Notes: generated by a model from the sequence alone, not told the origin. A stretch of DNA of 64,000 bases from Candidatus Latescibacterota bacterium (GCA_965261395.1 OZ253462.1:2528001-2592000), one strand, 5' to 3'; positions 48,094 through 58,842 are shown, numbered from the stretch's first letter. Made by a program: numbers and translations.

Positions 48094-50271
48094 ATGGCGG
48101 AATCAGCAAAAAAAATATCCAACGGCGGATTGCACATCGATCAGCGGCTCTACGCCCTCGTCGCCGAGCAGATCGCGCCTGGGACAGGCGTGGATGTCGA
48201 TCACTTGTGGGCGGCGCTGGGAAAGATTGTCCAAGACTTAGGGCCAAAGAATCAACAGCTACTTCAGCGGCGCGACGCCTTGCAGGCCCAGATCGACGCC
48301 TATCACCAACAGCGGCGCGGCGAGCCGTTGGACCCCACAGGTTACCGGACCTTTCTCGAAGGGATTGGATACTTGCTGCCCACGGGCGGCGCGCATCAGA
48401 TTCGCACGGAAAACACCGACCCAGAAATCGCCTCCCTAGCCGGCCCCCAGCTCGTCGTCCCGGTTGACAATGCGCGCTACGCGCTCAACGCGGCGAATGC
48501 GCGCTGGGGCAGCTTGTACGACGCCCTGTACGGCACGGATGTGATTCCCGGCGCGGCGAGCGCAGAATACGACGCCGAACGCGGTGCCCAAGTCATCGCG
48601 CGCAGCGAGGCGTTGCTCGACGCGGCCGCGGGCCTCCAACAGGGTGCGTACCGGGAGGTAGTGGAATTTTTCCTGCGCGAGGACGCCAGTGGGCAAACCT
48701 TGCGCGCCCATCTCGCAAGCGGCGACGAAGTTGGCCTCAAAGACGCCGGACAGTTCGTCGGCTATAGATGCGAAGGCGAGCGGCTGAGTAGCATTTTGCT
48801 CCGCCACAATGGGTTGCACCTCGAAATCCAAATCGACCGCACGCATCCCATTGGGCGCACCCACCGCGCCGGCGTCAAAGACGTGCTTTTAGAAGCGGCC
48901 ATTACCACCATCGAGGATTGCGAGGATTCCGTGGCCGCGGTCGATGCCGAGGACAAGGTCCTCGTCTATGGCAACTGGAACGGCCTGATGCAGGGCACGC
49001 TGGAGGCGACCTTTGTCAAGGACGGGCAAACCCTGACGCGCCGCCTGCGGGCCGACCGCACATTTACCGCACCCAATGGCCACACCTTGACCCTGCCCGG
49101 GCGCAGCTTGTTGCTAGTGCGCCACGTCGGCATCCACATGTACACCGATGCGGTGACCACAGCCGACGGCGCGGAAATCCCCGAGGGCTTTCTCGACGCC
49201 ATGGTCATCAGCTTAGCGGCGATCCACGACCTCAAGGGCCGCGGCCGCTACCGCAACAGCAAGACCGGCAGTGTCTATGTGGTGAAGCCCAAACAGCACG
49301 GGCCGGACGAGGTAGCAGCGACCGTCGAGCTATTTGCACGGGTGGAGGAGGCGCTGGGGCTGAGTAAAAACACCCTGAAAATCGGCATCATGGACGAAGA
49401 GCGCCGCACCACAATCAATCTCAGCGAGTGCATCCGCTGCGCCGCCGAGCGCGTCGTCTTCATCAACACCGGCTTTCTCGACCGGACTGGCGACGAGATC
49501 CACACCAGCATGGAGCTGGGTCCCATGTTGCCCAAGATGGAAATCAAAAACCAACCCTGGCTCAGTGCTTATGAGGACTGGAATGTGGATGTTGGGATCG
49601 CCACCGGTTTGGTGGGACGAGCGCAGATTGGCAAGGGGATGTGGACCATGCCCGAGCGGATGCGTGAGATGGTAGAGACCAAGATAGGCCACCCCCAAGC
49701 TGGGGCGACGACCGCTTGGGTGCCATCGCCGACAGCAGCCACCCTGCACGCGCTGCACTACCACCAAGTTGATGTCTTCGAGCGCCTCGCCCAGCTAGCC
49801 GGACGGGAGCGGGCCTCGCTCGGCGCGATTCTCAGCCCTCCGGTGCTCAATCGCCAGCTCAGCCCCGAGGAAATTCAGCAGGAGTTGGACAATAACGCCC
49901 AAGGCATCCTCGGCTACGTGGTGCGCTGGGTCGGCCAAGGCATTGGCTGCTCCAAGGTGCCGGACATCAACCACATCGGCCTGATGGAAGACCGCGCGAC
50001 TTTGCGGATTTCCAGCCAGCACATAGCCAACTGGCTGCACCACGGGATTGTCAGCGAGGAGCAGATGCGGGCGACGTTTGCGCGCATGGCAGCCGTAGTC
50101 GATGCACAAAACAGCGGCGATCCAGCGTACTACCCCATGGCACCCGACCTCGACGCCAGCGTCGAATTCCAGGCGGCGCTGGAGCTAGTATTCAACGGCC
50201 GCATCGAACCGAACGGATATACGGAAAACGTGTTGCACAGGCGGCGTCGAGAGGTGAAGGCCGCCCGCTGA
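48094..50271 (+). CDS. glcB: Malate synthase G
   Basis: [69 protein letters not shown]. Confidence 0.97.
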   Translation: MAESAKKISNGGLHIDQRLYALVAEQIAPGTGVDVDHLWAALGKIVQDLGPKNQQLLQRRDALQAQIDAYHQQRRGEPLDPTGYRTFLEGIGYLLPTGGAHQIRTENTDPEIASLAGPQLVVPVDNARYALNAANARWGSLYDALYGTDVIPGAASAEYDAERGAQVIARSEALLDAAAGLQQGAYREVVEFFLREDASGQTLRAHLASGDEVGLKDAGQFVGYRCEGERLSSILLRHNGLHLEIQIDRTHPIGRTHRAGVKDVLLEAAITTIEDCEDSVAAVDAEDKVLVYGNWNGLMQGTLEATFVKDGQTLTRRLRADRTFTAPNGHTLTLPGRSLLLVRHVGIHMYTDAVTTADGAEIPEGFLDAMVISLAAIHDLKGRGRYRNSKTGSVYVVKPKQHGPDEVAATVELFARVEEALGLSKNTLKIGIMDEERRTTINLSECIRCAAERVVFINTGFLDRTGDEIHTSMELGPMLPKMEIKNQPWLSAYEDWNVDVGIATGLVGRAQIGKGMWTMPERMREMVETKIGHPQAGATTAWVPSPTAATLHALHYHQVDVFERLAQLAGRERASLGAILSPPVLNRQLSPEEIQQELDNNAQGILGYVVRWVGQGIGCSKVPDINHIGLMEDRATLRISSQHIANWLHHGIVSEEQMRATFARMAAVVDAQNSGDPAYYPMAPDLDASVEFQAALELVFNGRIEPNGYTENVLHRRRREVKAAR

Positions 50272-50310
50272 ATCGCCTAGCACCACCATTCAAATTCAAG
50301 GAGACGATAG

Positions 50311-51065
50311 ATGGAATCACGTACAAAAGTCGCCCTCGTCACGGGCGCTGGCAGCGGCATTGGCCGCCACAGTGCCTTGGCGTTGGCCGAGGCCGGCTAT
50401 GGGGTTGCCCTAGCCGGACGGCGTCAAGAGGCCCTAGAGGAAACGGCGGCGCTGGCGGGAACGGATGCCCGCATGTTGCCAGTACCTACCGACGTAGGCG
50501 ATCCCCAAGCTGTTGCCGCGCTGTTCGCCCAGACAGAAGAGCACTTTGGCCGGCTCGACGTGCTGTTCAACAACGCTGGAGCCGGAGCGCCGGCCGTGCT
50601 GTTGGAAGACCTCGAATACGAGCAGTGGCAGAAGGTCGTCGCCGTCAACCTGACGGGCACCTTCCTCTGCACCCAAGCGGCCTTCCGAATTATGAAGAAC
50701 CAAGACCCACGCGGGGGCCGGATCATCAACAACGGCTCGGTTTCAGCGGCGGCCCCCCGACCCAATTCCGCCCCTTATACCTCCACCAAACACGCCATTA
50801 CCGGACTCACCAAATCGACCTCGCTCGACGGGCGCAAATACGACATCGCCTGCGGCCAGATCGACATTGGCAACACGGCCACCGATATGACGCAGCGGAT
50901 GAACGACGGCGTGCCGCAGGCCGATGGCTCAAGCTCGTCGAGCCGCGCTTTGACGTCGAACACGTGGCCCGCGCCGTAGTGCAAATGGCCGAGCTGCCGC
51001 TGGACACCAACGTGCTGTTTATGACCATCATGGCGACGAAAATGCCGTTTGTCGGGCGGGGATAA
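50311..51065 (+). pseudogene. Short-chain dehydrogenase/reductase with a single frameshift near 50930
   Basis: [17 protein letters not shown]; the C-terminus [17 protein letters not shown]...KMPFVGRG is in another frame. May be a sequencing error. Confidence 0.85.
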
Positions 51066-51079
51066 GAGGAGGATCGCAG

Positions 51080-51814
51080 ATGACCAAAGAGGATGCCGTC
51101 GCCCATATCGACGAATACGGGTACGCCGTACTCAAAGGGGCGTTGACTGCGGATCAGGCCAACGCCCTGCGCGACCGCTCGGCTGAGCTAGTTGCCGCAG
51201 AAAGGGCGGCCAGCGGGGAGCACGTCTACCTCGACGGCCGCGCGCAGCGAGTGTGGAACCTAGTCAACAAGGGTCGCATTTACGAGGAGATGATCCAGCT
51301 CCCACAGGTACTCGCGCTCCAGGAGTACCTGCTGGGCGACAACTGCATCTTGAGCAGTTTCACCGTCAATCTCATCGGCCCGGGTGCGCCAGCCGGCCGC
51401 CTGCACATCGACTTTCCACTCGGCAGCTTTCCCCAGCCGCCGCCACCGATCCCCCTCTGCGCCAATACCATCTACGTGCTCGACGACTTCGCGCCTGAAA
51501 ACGGGGCCACGCAGATTGTGCCGGGCAGCTACAAGCGCGGGTACGCCCCCGACCCGGAAAAAGAGTACGACGACGTCATCCAGCTAGACGTCCACAAAGG
51601 CGATATCGTCGTCTTCCACGGTGCGACGTGGCACGGTAGCGGGGCCAATGGCACCCAGCAGGAGCGGATGATCCTGTTGGGGTTTTTCTGTCGCTCGTTT
51701 ATGAAGCCGCAACAGGACCAGTTCAAGCTAGCGCGCCCCGAGGTCGTCGCGCGGGCGACGCCGAGCCTAAAGCGATTGATGGGCTTCGAATCGCAGTCGG
51801 GGATGCGGACCTAG
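51080..51814 (+). CDS. PhyH-family 2OG-Fe(II) oxygenase
   Basis: LHID, NGATQIVPGS, WHGSGAN..QQER. Confidence 0.9.
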   Translation: MTKEDAVAHIDEYGYAVLKGALTADQANALRDRSAELVAAERAASGEHVYLDGRAQRVWNLVNKGRIYEEMIQLPQVLALQEYLLGDNCILSSFTVNLIGPGAPAGRLHIDFPLGSFPQPPPPIPLCANTIYVLDDFAPENGATQIVPGSYKRGYAPDPEKEYDDVIQLDVHKGDIVVFHGATWHGSGANGTQQERMILLGFFCRSFMKPQQDQFKLARPEVVARATPSLKRLMGFESQSGMRT

Positions 51815-51819
51815 GGTCA

Positions 51820-53211
51820 ATGAACTGCCCGGCACTCGACCACCGCAAACGCCTCTTCGTCGATATGGACGACGTCGAGCGCCAAGAAAACGTGGCGCGG
51901 GTCTTCCACCAAGCGGAGAAGTACGGCACGCATCCCGTGCTCAAACAGGAAGCGCCGTGGGAACGACACGGCGGCATGACCGCAGCGGTGATTTTCGACG
52001 CCGAGGAACAAATCTTCAAGGCGTGGTACATGGCCGGCCACTATGCGCCGGGGTGCGAGCACGTGCAATGCCTCGCGCTGTCGCCGGACGGGATTCACTG
52101 GGAGCGCCCCTGCCTCGGAATCCACGAAGCCCTTGGCTCCAAGGACAACAACATCGTCATCCCCGCTACCCACCACGAAGGGCAGGATCATTGGGAAACC
52201 ATGCTCAAGGACCTCCTCGACCCGGATCCCACTCGCCGCTACAAGGCCATCGGCTGGTCGAGTTACGACTGGGACGGGCCGCGCTCGGGCATTTACAGCG
52301 CCACTTCGCCGGACGGGATCCACTGGTCGCATTCGCCGGACCCGATTTTTCGCTACCATCCACGGCCCGGTACCCGCGACTTGGGGCCGGTCGGGGATGC
52401 GCAGTCGATGATGGTGGATATTGAGCGCCGGCGCTACGTGGCTTTTTTGCGCGGCGTGCCCGAGCGGCTGATGAGCACGAGCGAGGACTTCGTCCACTGG
52501 TCGCCGCCGCGGCCCTTCTTAGCACCGCTCAACGAAGAAGAGGCCCTGTACAACAACACCGGCTTCAACTACGGCGCTCACTACTTAGGCATCCTGACCC
52601 ACTTCGACAAACGCCCGCGACAACAGACCCAAGTCCTGCGGCTTTTGTGCAGCCGCGACGGGGAGCGCTGGCAGCGGGTGCCGGGCGAGCCACTGGTGGG
52701 TTTGGGCGCGGTGGGCGAGTGGGATCGGTTCCAGCTAATGCTCAGTGGTGCGCCGCCGATTGCCGTGGACGACAAGCTCTATATCTACTACCGAGGTACA
52801 GCCCGGCGGCACGCCAAGATCCCGCGCGAATTCGATCCGCCGATTGCGGCCGATCAGGATGCGGGGACGATGGGCATTGGCTTGGCCATGCTGCGCCTCG
52901 ACGGCTTTGCGTCGCTCAACGCCAGTTTTGACGGGGGGCAGATAACGACCCGGCCCTTCGCGCTGGGTGGGGATGAATTGCAGGTCAACGCCAAGGCGGA
53001 TTACGGGCAGCTAACCGTCGAAATGCTCGACGAGGAAGGGAACCCCATTCCCGGTCATACCGCCCAAGACTGCGTCGCCATCGCCGAGGACGGAGTCGCC
53101 GTGCCCGTGCGCTGGCGCGACGGCCGAGATTTGAGCGCGTTGCGAGGTCAGCCGGTGCGCCTGCGTTTCGCGCTGCACAACGCCCGGCTGTACGCCTACT
53201 GGTGTTCGTAG
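51820..53211 (+). CDS. Glycoside-hydrolase-like beta-propeller protein
   Basis: Asp-box repeats SPDGIHW (twice), SEDFVHW, SRDGERW; LRLDGFASL and C-terminal beta domain. Confidence 0.75.
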   Translation: MNCPALDHRKRLFVDMDDVERQENVARVFHQAEKYGTHPVLKQEAPWERHGGMTAAVIFDAEEQIFKAWYMAGHYAPGCEHVQCLALSPDGIHWERPCLGIHEALGSKDNNIVIPATHHEGQDHWETMLKDLLDPDPTRRYKAIGWSSYDWDGPRSGIYSATSPDGIHWSHSPDPIFRYHPRPGTRDLGPVGDAQSMMVDIERRRYVAFLRGVPERLMSTSEDFVHWSPPRPFLAPLNEEEALYNNTGFNYGAHYLGILTHFDKRPRQQTQVLRLLCSRDGERWQRVPGEPLVGLGAVGEWDRFQLMLSGAPPIAVDDKLYIYYRGTARRHAKIPREFDPPIAADQDAGTMGIGLAMLRLDGFASLNASFDGGQITTRPFALGGDELQVNAKADYGQLTVEMLDEEGNPIPGHTAQDCVAIAEDGVAVPVRWRDGRDLSALRGQPVRLRFALHNARLYAYWCS

Positions 53212-53254
53212 CTTTTGGATCCAAAACGCTGACATTTCAACAGTAGGAAAAACT

Positions 53255-53650
53255 ATGTCCACTGACCAGCTAAACCACTACCAGCGCAAGCTCGCGTATG
53301 AAATGGATTCGTGGGATCTCTACGCAGCATTGGGCGAGAACGAATCCATCACCGTCGTCGATGGCCGTTCTGCGGAGGCTTATGCCCAAGAGCACATTCC
53401 GGGCGCACTCAATCTGCCCCACCGGGAAATCTGCTTCAATTCGACTGAGTCGCTCGACAAAACGAAGCTCTATGTCTGCTACTGCGACGGCATCGGCTGC
53501 AACGCCTCAACCAAGACGGCGCTGAAACTGTTGACGCTGGGCTTTCAGGTGCGCGAACTGATCGGCGGGCTCGACTGGTGGAAGCACGACGGCTACGCCA
53601 CCGCCGGCGACGGGGCACAGCCTGGGACCGAGATCCAATGCGGGTGCTGA
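53255..53650 (+). CDS. Rhodanese-like domain protein
   Basis: VVDGR..EAYAQEHIPGA, YCDGIGCN, LIGGLDWW. Confidence 0.9.
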   Translation: MSTDQLNHYQRKLAYEMDSWDLYAALGENESITVVDGRSAEAYAQEHIPGALNLPHREICFNSTESLDKTKLYVCYCDGIGCNASTKTALKLLTLGFQVRELIGGLDWWKHDGYATAGDGAQPGTEIQCGC

Positions 53651-53692
53651 GCCAGAATAGAATCAGACAAACGCAAGGCTTGACAGCAGGCA

Positions 53693-54095
53693 CTAGCCAC
53701 AAAACGCTTCCATAGAAATCGCTGTCGCGGGGAACGCTTTAAGTATGCGCTTATCTTCGGTGACGCAGTGTGTGTTCAAGCTGTGCGCCAGTGCAATGTA
53801 TTGGGCGTCGTACCGCCGAAACCCCGCCTTCAATAGCTAAATTTAGCGACATGGCTCCATCTACATCCCTTTCAGCCCGAAGCAATAAACCCAATCCCGT
53901 GTGCCACAGCCTTTCGGCCTGCCGCGCATCGATGATCTCGGCCCGTGCGGCAGTGACCAGCACATTGAGGAATTCATATCGCCAGAGAGGGGGGACTCTC
54001 CAGTCTGAATCCTTCTGGGCGACTTGTTGCGCCAGAGCTGTCTTGTCGCCTTCTATGAGCGCATAGGCGATGATGTTCGTATCGACGACGATCGA
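53693..54095 (-). pseudogene. PIN/VapC (FitB-like) toxin with lost start and a frameshift
   Basis: IVVDTNIIAY...YEFLNVL; +1 shift near 53810 to YDAQYIALA...VTEDKRI...FCG*. The expected start position reads TCG. Confidence 0.8.
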
Positions 54096-54310
54096 GGACG
54101 GCCTTCCCTAATACCTTTAGAAAGAATCGTTTGTGTAAGAGGTTTGGCTGTCTTAATCGGGGCGGGCAGGTCGAGCTTCGCGGACTCTCCGAGGCTGTTT
54201 TCAATAAGCGCCAACGCATGGCGTGCCATAGATCGGTGGTGCTTGGCGGCGTCCTCTTTGAGGCGGCGATGCAGGTCGGCGGGGACTTTTTTGATAAGTA
54301 TATCGGGCAT
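54053..54310 (-). CDS. Arc/RHH (FitA-like) antitoxin, C-terminally extended by loss of its stop
   Basis: MPDILIKKVPADLHRRLKEDAAKHHRSM...IREGRP; TAGCATTTTGCTA operator-like palindrome at 54331-54343. Confidence 0.8.
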   Translation of the reverse strand: MPDILIKKVPADLHRRLKEDAAKHHRSMARHALALIENSLGESAKLDLPAPIKTAKPLTQTILSKGIREGRPRSSSIRTSSPMRS

Positions 54311-54402
54311 TTGTGAAACTCCGCTTTTGGTAGCATTTTGCTATAAAAATACTATCTTGTCAGAACGGATCAAGCGCAAGACTTGACGGCCTAGCGGATC
54401 GG

Positions 54403-54442
54403 CAAAAGAAAACCCCAAGTCGTTATAGCCGACTTGGGGTTT
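54403..54442 (-). terminator. Intrinsic terminator downstream of tRNA-Glu
   Basis: 13-bp stem AAACCCCAAGTCG/CGACTTGGGGTTT (54410-54442) running into a T-rich tract on the minus strand. Confidence 0.85.
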
Positions 54443-54448
54443 AATGAT

Positions 54449-54524
54449 TGGTAGCCCGTACGGGATTCGAACCCGTGCTACCGGCGTGAGAGGCCGGCGT
54501 CCTAGGCCTCTAGACGAACGGGCC
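54449..54524 (-). tRNA. tRNA-Glu (CTC)
   Basis: GGCCCGTTCGTCTAGAGGCCTAGGACGCCGGCCTCTCACGCCGGTAGCACGGGTTCGAATCCCGTACGGGCTACCA: 76 nt, anticodon arm CCGGC-CTCTCAC-GCCGG, GTTCGAATC, CCA. TTGACA-N17-TATTTT promoter at 54582-54554. Confidence 0.97.
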
Positions 54525-54652
54525 AAAGTTCGTTTCTAGCCTGACAGCTTCAAAAAATAGAATTCTAAAATTGTATTGTCAAGGTTGCGGCAGGGCCGTT
54601 TGACAGCCGGGGACGGGCGTGGTACTGTTGCCTTGCAAGAGGAGACGGCCCG

Positions 54653-55453
54653 ATGATCGTCGAATGGAACACCCATATTTTCAGCCCCGATACCCAGCGC
54701 TATCCCTTGCATCACAGGGCGGCCTACCGACCGGATGTTTCCGTGCATCCCCCAGATCCATTGGGAGCCTATTTGCAGCGCATGGCGGATGCAGAAATCG
54801 ACCGGGCCGTCGTCGTCCATCCCGAGCCGTATGGCGACGATCACCGGCTGATACTCGAATGTCTGGAGCGCGAGCCAGAGCGGCTGCGGGGCACGTCGCT
54901 ATTTTATCCCAAAGATCCAGACGCGCCCCAAAAGTTGGCCGAGCTAGTCGCTCGCGAGCCCAAGATCATCGCCACGCGCTTTCACGCCCACCGCGGCAAG
55001 GAGCTGTATCTCGACAGCTTCAACGACAAAGGGGTGCGAACCTTGTGGGAAAAGGCGGTGGAGCTAGGCTTGATCGTCGAATTGCACATCGGGCCTAACT
55101 ACGGTGCCCAAGTCGCCCAAGTTCTGCGCGACATTCCCCAGACAGTGGCACTGATTGACCACTTGGCCGAGCCGCATCTGGGCAGCGCGGTCGAATATGC
55201 CGATATACTGGAACTGGGCTGTGCTGACGCCGAGGTCTATATGAAGCTCTCCGGCCTCGGCCACTTCGCCCAAGACGCGCCGCTATACGAAAGTGCCAAG
55301 CCCTTTACTCGGCGCGTGATCGAAGCCTTTGGGCCGGAGCGCATGGTCTGGGGCAGCGGTGCGCCGGCAATTGTCGATGCGCATTTAGCGAGCTACTCAG
55401 CAGCCGAGCGCGCGCTGGTAAAGGGGGGCAACTTGGCCGGGTGGTTCAAATAA
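54653..55453 (+). CDS. Amidohydrolase_2-family protein (lactonase-like)
   Basis: NTHIF, VVVHPEPYGDDH, IDHLA, YMKLSG, FGPERMVWGS. Confidence 0.85.
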   Translation: MIVEWNTHIFSPDTQRYPLHHRAAYRPDVSVHPPDPLGAYLQRMADAEIDRAVVVHPEPYGDDHRLILECLEREPERLRGTSLFYPKDPDAPQKLAELVAREPKIIATRFHAHRGKELYLDSFNDKGVRTLWEKAVELGLIVELHIGPNYGAQVAQVLRDIPQTVALIDHLAEPHLGSAVEYADILELGCADAEVYMKLSGLGHFAQDAPLYESAKPFTRRVIEAFGPERMVWGSGAPAIVDAHLASYSAAERALVKGGNLAGWFK

Positions 55454-55468
55454 CAAAAGGAGCAACAC

Positions 55469-56290
55469 GTGAACGAAATCGAAACCTTTGAATTCGATCG
55501 CCAGGGCTACATCGTCATTGAGAAGCTGCTGAACGAGACCCAAGTGGCCGCGCTGGCCGAGGCCGTGGATGAGCTAGAAGAACACTCGCTCGCGCATGTC
55601 ACCCAACCACCGCGCAAGCAAAGCGGCTGGGGAGCCAACTACCACGCCAATCCCGAGCGCGGCTATCACGCCAACGGCGAGCGGGCCGAGGGCAAGACCC
55701 TGATGGTCGAAGACTTCTGGAACGCCAACCCGGCCTTTGACGTTCTGCTCGACCACCCGCCGACGATGGACTATATCCACGGCATCGTCAAACAGCGGCC
55801 GACGATCAACAACTCCGAGATCCGCATCCGCTATCAAGGCAACTCCACCGGCTGCCACGGCGGCACCGTCTCGGCCAATCAGAAGTACCGCTACAGCTAC
55901 ACCGAGCACGGCATCGACTGCATGATGGTGCGGATGGTCTATTTCATCCACGATTGCACCAACGAACAGGGGGCCTTTTGCGTGGTGCCGGGGACGCACA
56001 AGACCAACCTGCCCTCGCCCCACAGCAACGACCCGGACGAAGACCCCGACATGATCGGCCTAGAGGTCAAGGCCGGAGACGCGATCCTCTTCACCGAAAA
56101 CTTGCGCCACGGCGGCCTCACCAACCGCTCTGAGCAGACGCGCAAGACTCTACACGTGGGCTACGGGCCGCATTGGATGATGTCGCAAAACATCGCCACC
56201 ATGGACGAAAAGCAGCACATCACCCCGGAGACCCTCAGTCGCTTGACCAAGGCGCAACGGGATTTATTCCGGGCCTATCCACCCGCCTAA
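55469..56290 (+). CDS. PhyH-family oxygenase with HxG instead of HxD
   Basis: FDRQGYIV, GCHGG, GAFCVVPGTHK, LRHGG..N.S...R. Confidence 0.85.
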   Translation: MNEIETFEFDRQGYIVIEKLLNETQVAALAEAVDELEEHSLAHVTQPPRKQSGWGANYHANPERGYHANGERAEGKTLMVEDFWNANPAFDVLLDHPPTMDYIHGIVKQRPTINNSEIRIRYQGNSTGCHGGTVSANQKYRYSYTEHGIDCMMVRMVYFIHDCTNEQGAFCVVPGTHKTNLPSPHSNDPDEDPDMIGLEVKAGDAILFTENLRHGGLTNRSEQTRKTLHVGYGPHWMMSQNIATMDEKQHITPETLSRLTKAQRDLFRAYPPA

Positions 56291-58842
56291 GTCGGAAATT
56301 CCTCGTAGTAGCGGTCAAAGGCCGCGGGCGTGCCGCAGATATAGAGCGCGTCCTGGGGTTCAAGCACCAACGAGGACGGGATCTCCATGATCACGTCGCC
56401 GGCCCGCTCGACTGCCACCACCGAGCAGCCCGTGCGCTCGCGGATGCGCGCTGCGAGCGGATGGCGTCCGGCGAGGGGGCCAGGATTGAGCTTGACCATC
56501 TTGATCCGAGGCTTGTGCGAAACCGTTTCCCCGAGGACGTGGTGGACTAGCAACTGGCCGGCGACTTGGCTGACCGAGAGCGCGAAATCAGCGCCAGCGC
56601 GCTGCACCCGGTCTGCGTTTTCAACGTGGGACACGCAGGCCAACAGAGGGATCTCCGGGACGTGATCGCGGACCACCGCCGCGGCAAACAGGGCGGCCCC
56701 GTCGCTGTCGAGGGCGAGGATGACGACCCGTGCCTCCGCAATGGCGGCGCGGTCGAGGACGCGCACATCGAGCACGTCGCCTACTACATCGACTCCGACA
56801 CTCTCAGCCTCATCGACGACCCGCACGTCCTCGCCCGCAGCGTGGAGGATCTCGACCAGCTTCTGCCCTACATCGGCAAAGCCAACCACCAGAATCGGCC
56901 CCTGCTGGGTAATCGGCCGGGACATCTCGTTTAACCGGTGAATGCTCTCGGGCGTGCCGACCGCCACTAGAATGGCTCCGGGCTGTAGCTTTTCTGAGGC
57001 CGGCGGCGGTGAGCCGAGCACATCGTCGGCCCACTGCCCGACGATGTGGGCACCGGTCCGGGTGTAGAGTTCGGTCTCGGCCAAGGTGCTGTTGGCGAGC
57101 GGGCTTTGGTTGTGAACGCGCAGCTCGGCCACCTCGAGGAACGAGTCGAGCGGCTCTACGCCCGCCACCCGCGGCCCGATCTTCGCACTGGCGCGGACGG
57201 CAATCGTCGCGGCGAGGACGTGATTGGGGGTAAAAGCTGCGGTCGCGCCCGCCAGCAACATGGGGCCGCGGCGCTGAGGGTGCTCGATCATCGCCACGAT
57301 TGGACCGGCAAAACCGGCCTCGCGGGCACTGAGCGCGAACAGGGCGTTGTCGTCGTCTGAGCCGTTGGCTACCAGTGCCTTCGCCTTGGTCAACGGCCGC
57401 AGGTCCAGAGTCTCCGCCGCTAAGTGCGCATGTACGACCTGCACATCAGCCCTTGTCTGGAGTTGCCGCGCCGTCGCCTCGTCCTCCTCGATCACCACCA
57501 GCGGCAGGTGCCGGCTGGAAAGCTCGTCTATTAGGGTCTCGACCTCTGGCCCGTACCCATAGATGACCACCGCGCCCTCCACTGCGGGCAAGGCGCGGCC
57601 GTCTGGGTACTCGGGGACGAGTGGGGTACTGAACTTATCGATCTGAAATACCCCAATATGGGTGTCCCCTCCATGAGCCACTCGGCCTTCTAGGAGGATT
57701 GAGCAGCCCTTGAGCGCCAGTGGCGTGAAAAGATTCAGCAGGAATGCGGTGAAGATCAAAATGCTAAAGGTCGCCTGATCGATCGCCCCTTGAGCCAGAG
57801 CCAGCGCGGCCAAGATAAACGCCACCTCGGCGCGGCCACACATGCCCACGCCCACCGTCAGCGCTTCTCGCCAAGACATGCCAATGCGCCGCGCCATACC
57901 ACCGGCACTAAGCACCTGCCCGGAGATGACCGTCACAGCTAGGAGCGCGATAAACGCCACGCCCGACGCGCTAATGTCAAACGAAATGGAAAAGCCCAGC
58001 GAGATGAAGAAGATCGGCCCGAGGAACGAATAGGCAATGCCGTACGCGCGGTCGTTTACCACCTTTACCAAGTTGGGATGGGCGACGCGCTCCTCAAAGA
58101 ACAGACCCACCAAGTAGGCACCCAAGATCATGTGCAGCCCAATGGCCTCGGCAAAAAGGCCGGCGGCAATGGCGGTCAGCAGCACGAAGGTGAAGCCCTT
58201 GCCGCCTTCGGCGCGGAAGGGCAGGGTGAGTCGGGGATAGACAAAGGTGCCCAAAAGCAGCGCAACCGCGAAAAAGCCCACCACCTTGCCCAAGTTGACT
58301 ACTAGGTCCAAGGGGGCAAAGGTGCCGCTGGAGAGTACGCCGGTCACTAGGCTAAAAAAGATCAAGGTCAAAAGGTCGTTGATGACGCAGCTAGCGACGA
58401 TGATCCGCGCAACGCGGGTATCGGTCAACCCCAAGTCTTTGAGGCTTTTGAGGGTGATTACGACTGCGGTAGCGGTTCCGATGATAAGCCCCACGAAGAT
58501 GGAGGCGGCCAGGTCCAGCCCGAAGAATTGGGCAACAGCAAAGCTGACGGCAAAGGGCACGGCGGCCCCTGCAATCGCCACCCCCAGCGAGCGCTTGAGC
58601 GCGTCGAAAAACTCGTTGGGCTGGGTCTCCACCCCGGCGTGGAACATCAGAAAGAAGATGCCGATCTCGGCCAACAACTGGATGGCCTCGTTCGGCTCGA
58701 TCCAGCCGAAGACCGCCGGCCCCACCAAGACCCCGACGATCAGTTCGCCCATCACCGTCGGCAGGCCCAGCGGCCGCAAGGTCACGGCCACTAGCCAAAT
58801 CCCGGCGAGTAAGATGAGTAAGTCGAGTGCTATATCGTGCAT
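56287..58842 (-). CDS. CPA2/Kef-type cation:proton antiporter with two TrkA-N/TrkA-C modules
   Basis: Many TMs (GELIVGVLVGP, PIFFISLG, GRAEVA); Rossmann-like IYGYGPEV and VVGFADVG; TrkA-C RERTGCSVVAVER. Confidence 0.9.
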   Translation of the reverse strand: MHDIALDLLILLAGIWLVAVTLRPLGLPTVMGELIVGVLVGPAVFGWIEPNEAIQLLAEIGIFFLMFHAGVETQPNEFFDALKRSLGVAIAGAAVPFAVSFAVAQFFGLDLAASIFVGLIIGTATAVVITLKSLKDLGLTDTRVARIIVASCVINDLLTLIFFSLVTGVLSSGTFAPLDLVVNLGKVVGFFAVALLLGTFVYPRLTLPFRAEGGKGFTFVLLTAIAAGLFAEAIGLHMILGAYLVGLFFEERVAHPNLVKVVNDRAYGIAYSFLGPIFFISLGFSISFDISASGVAFIALLAVTVISGQVLSAGGMARRIGMSWREALTVGVGMCGRAEVAFILAALALAQGAIDQATFSILIFTAFLLNLFTPLALKGCSILLEGRVAHGGDTHIGVFQIDKFSTPLVPEYPDGRALPAVEGAVVIYGYGPEVETLIDELSSRHLPLVVIEEDEATARQLQTRADVQVVHAHLAAETLDLRPLTKAKALVANGSDDDNALFALSAREAGFAGPIVAMIEHPQRRGPMLLAGATAAFTPNHVLAATIAVRASAKIGPRVAGVEPLDSFLEVAELRVHNQSPLANSTLAETELYTRTGAHIVGQWADDVLGSPPPASEKLQPGAILVAVGTPESIHRLNEMSRPITQQGPILVVGFADVGQKLVEILHAAGEDVRVVDEAESVGVDVVGDVLDVRVLDRAAIAEARVVILALDSDGAALFAAAVVRDHVPEIPLLACVSHVENADRVQRAGADFALSVSQVAGQLLVHHVLGETVSHKPRIKMVKLNPGPLAGRHPLAARIRERTGCSVVAVERAGDVIMEIPSSLVLEPQDALYICGTPAAFDRYYEEFPT

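Noticed and set aside
50920-50945. Programmed frameshift in the SDR gene
   Set aside because: No slippery heptamer or stimulatory structure; a simple indel or sequencing error is more likely.
54403-54524. Prophage or genomic island integrated at tRNA-Glu
   Set aside because: No integrase and no duplicated tRNA 3' end noticed; the native terminator follows the tRNA directly.
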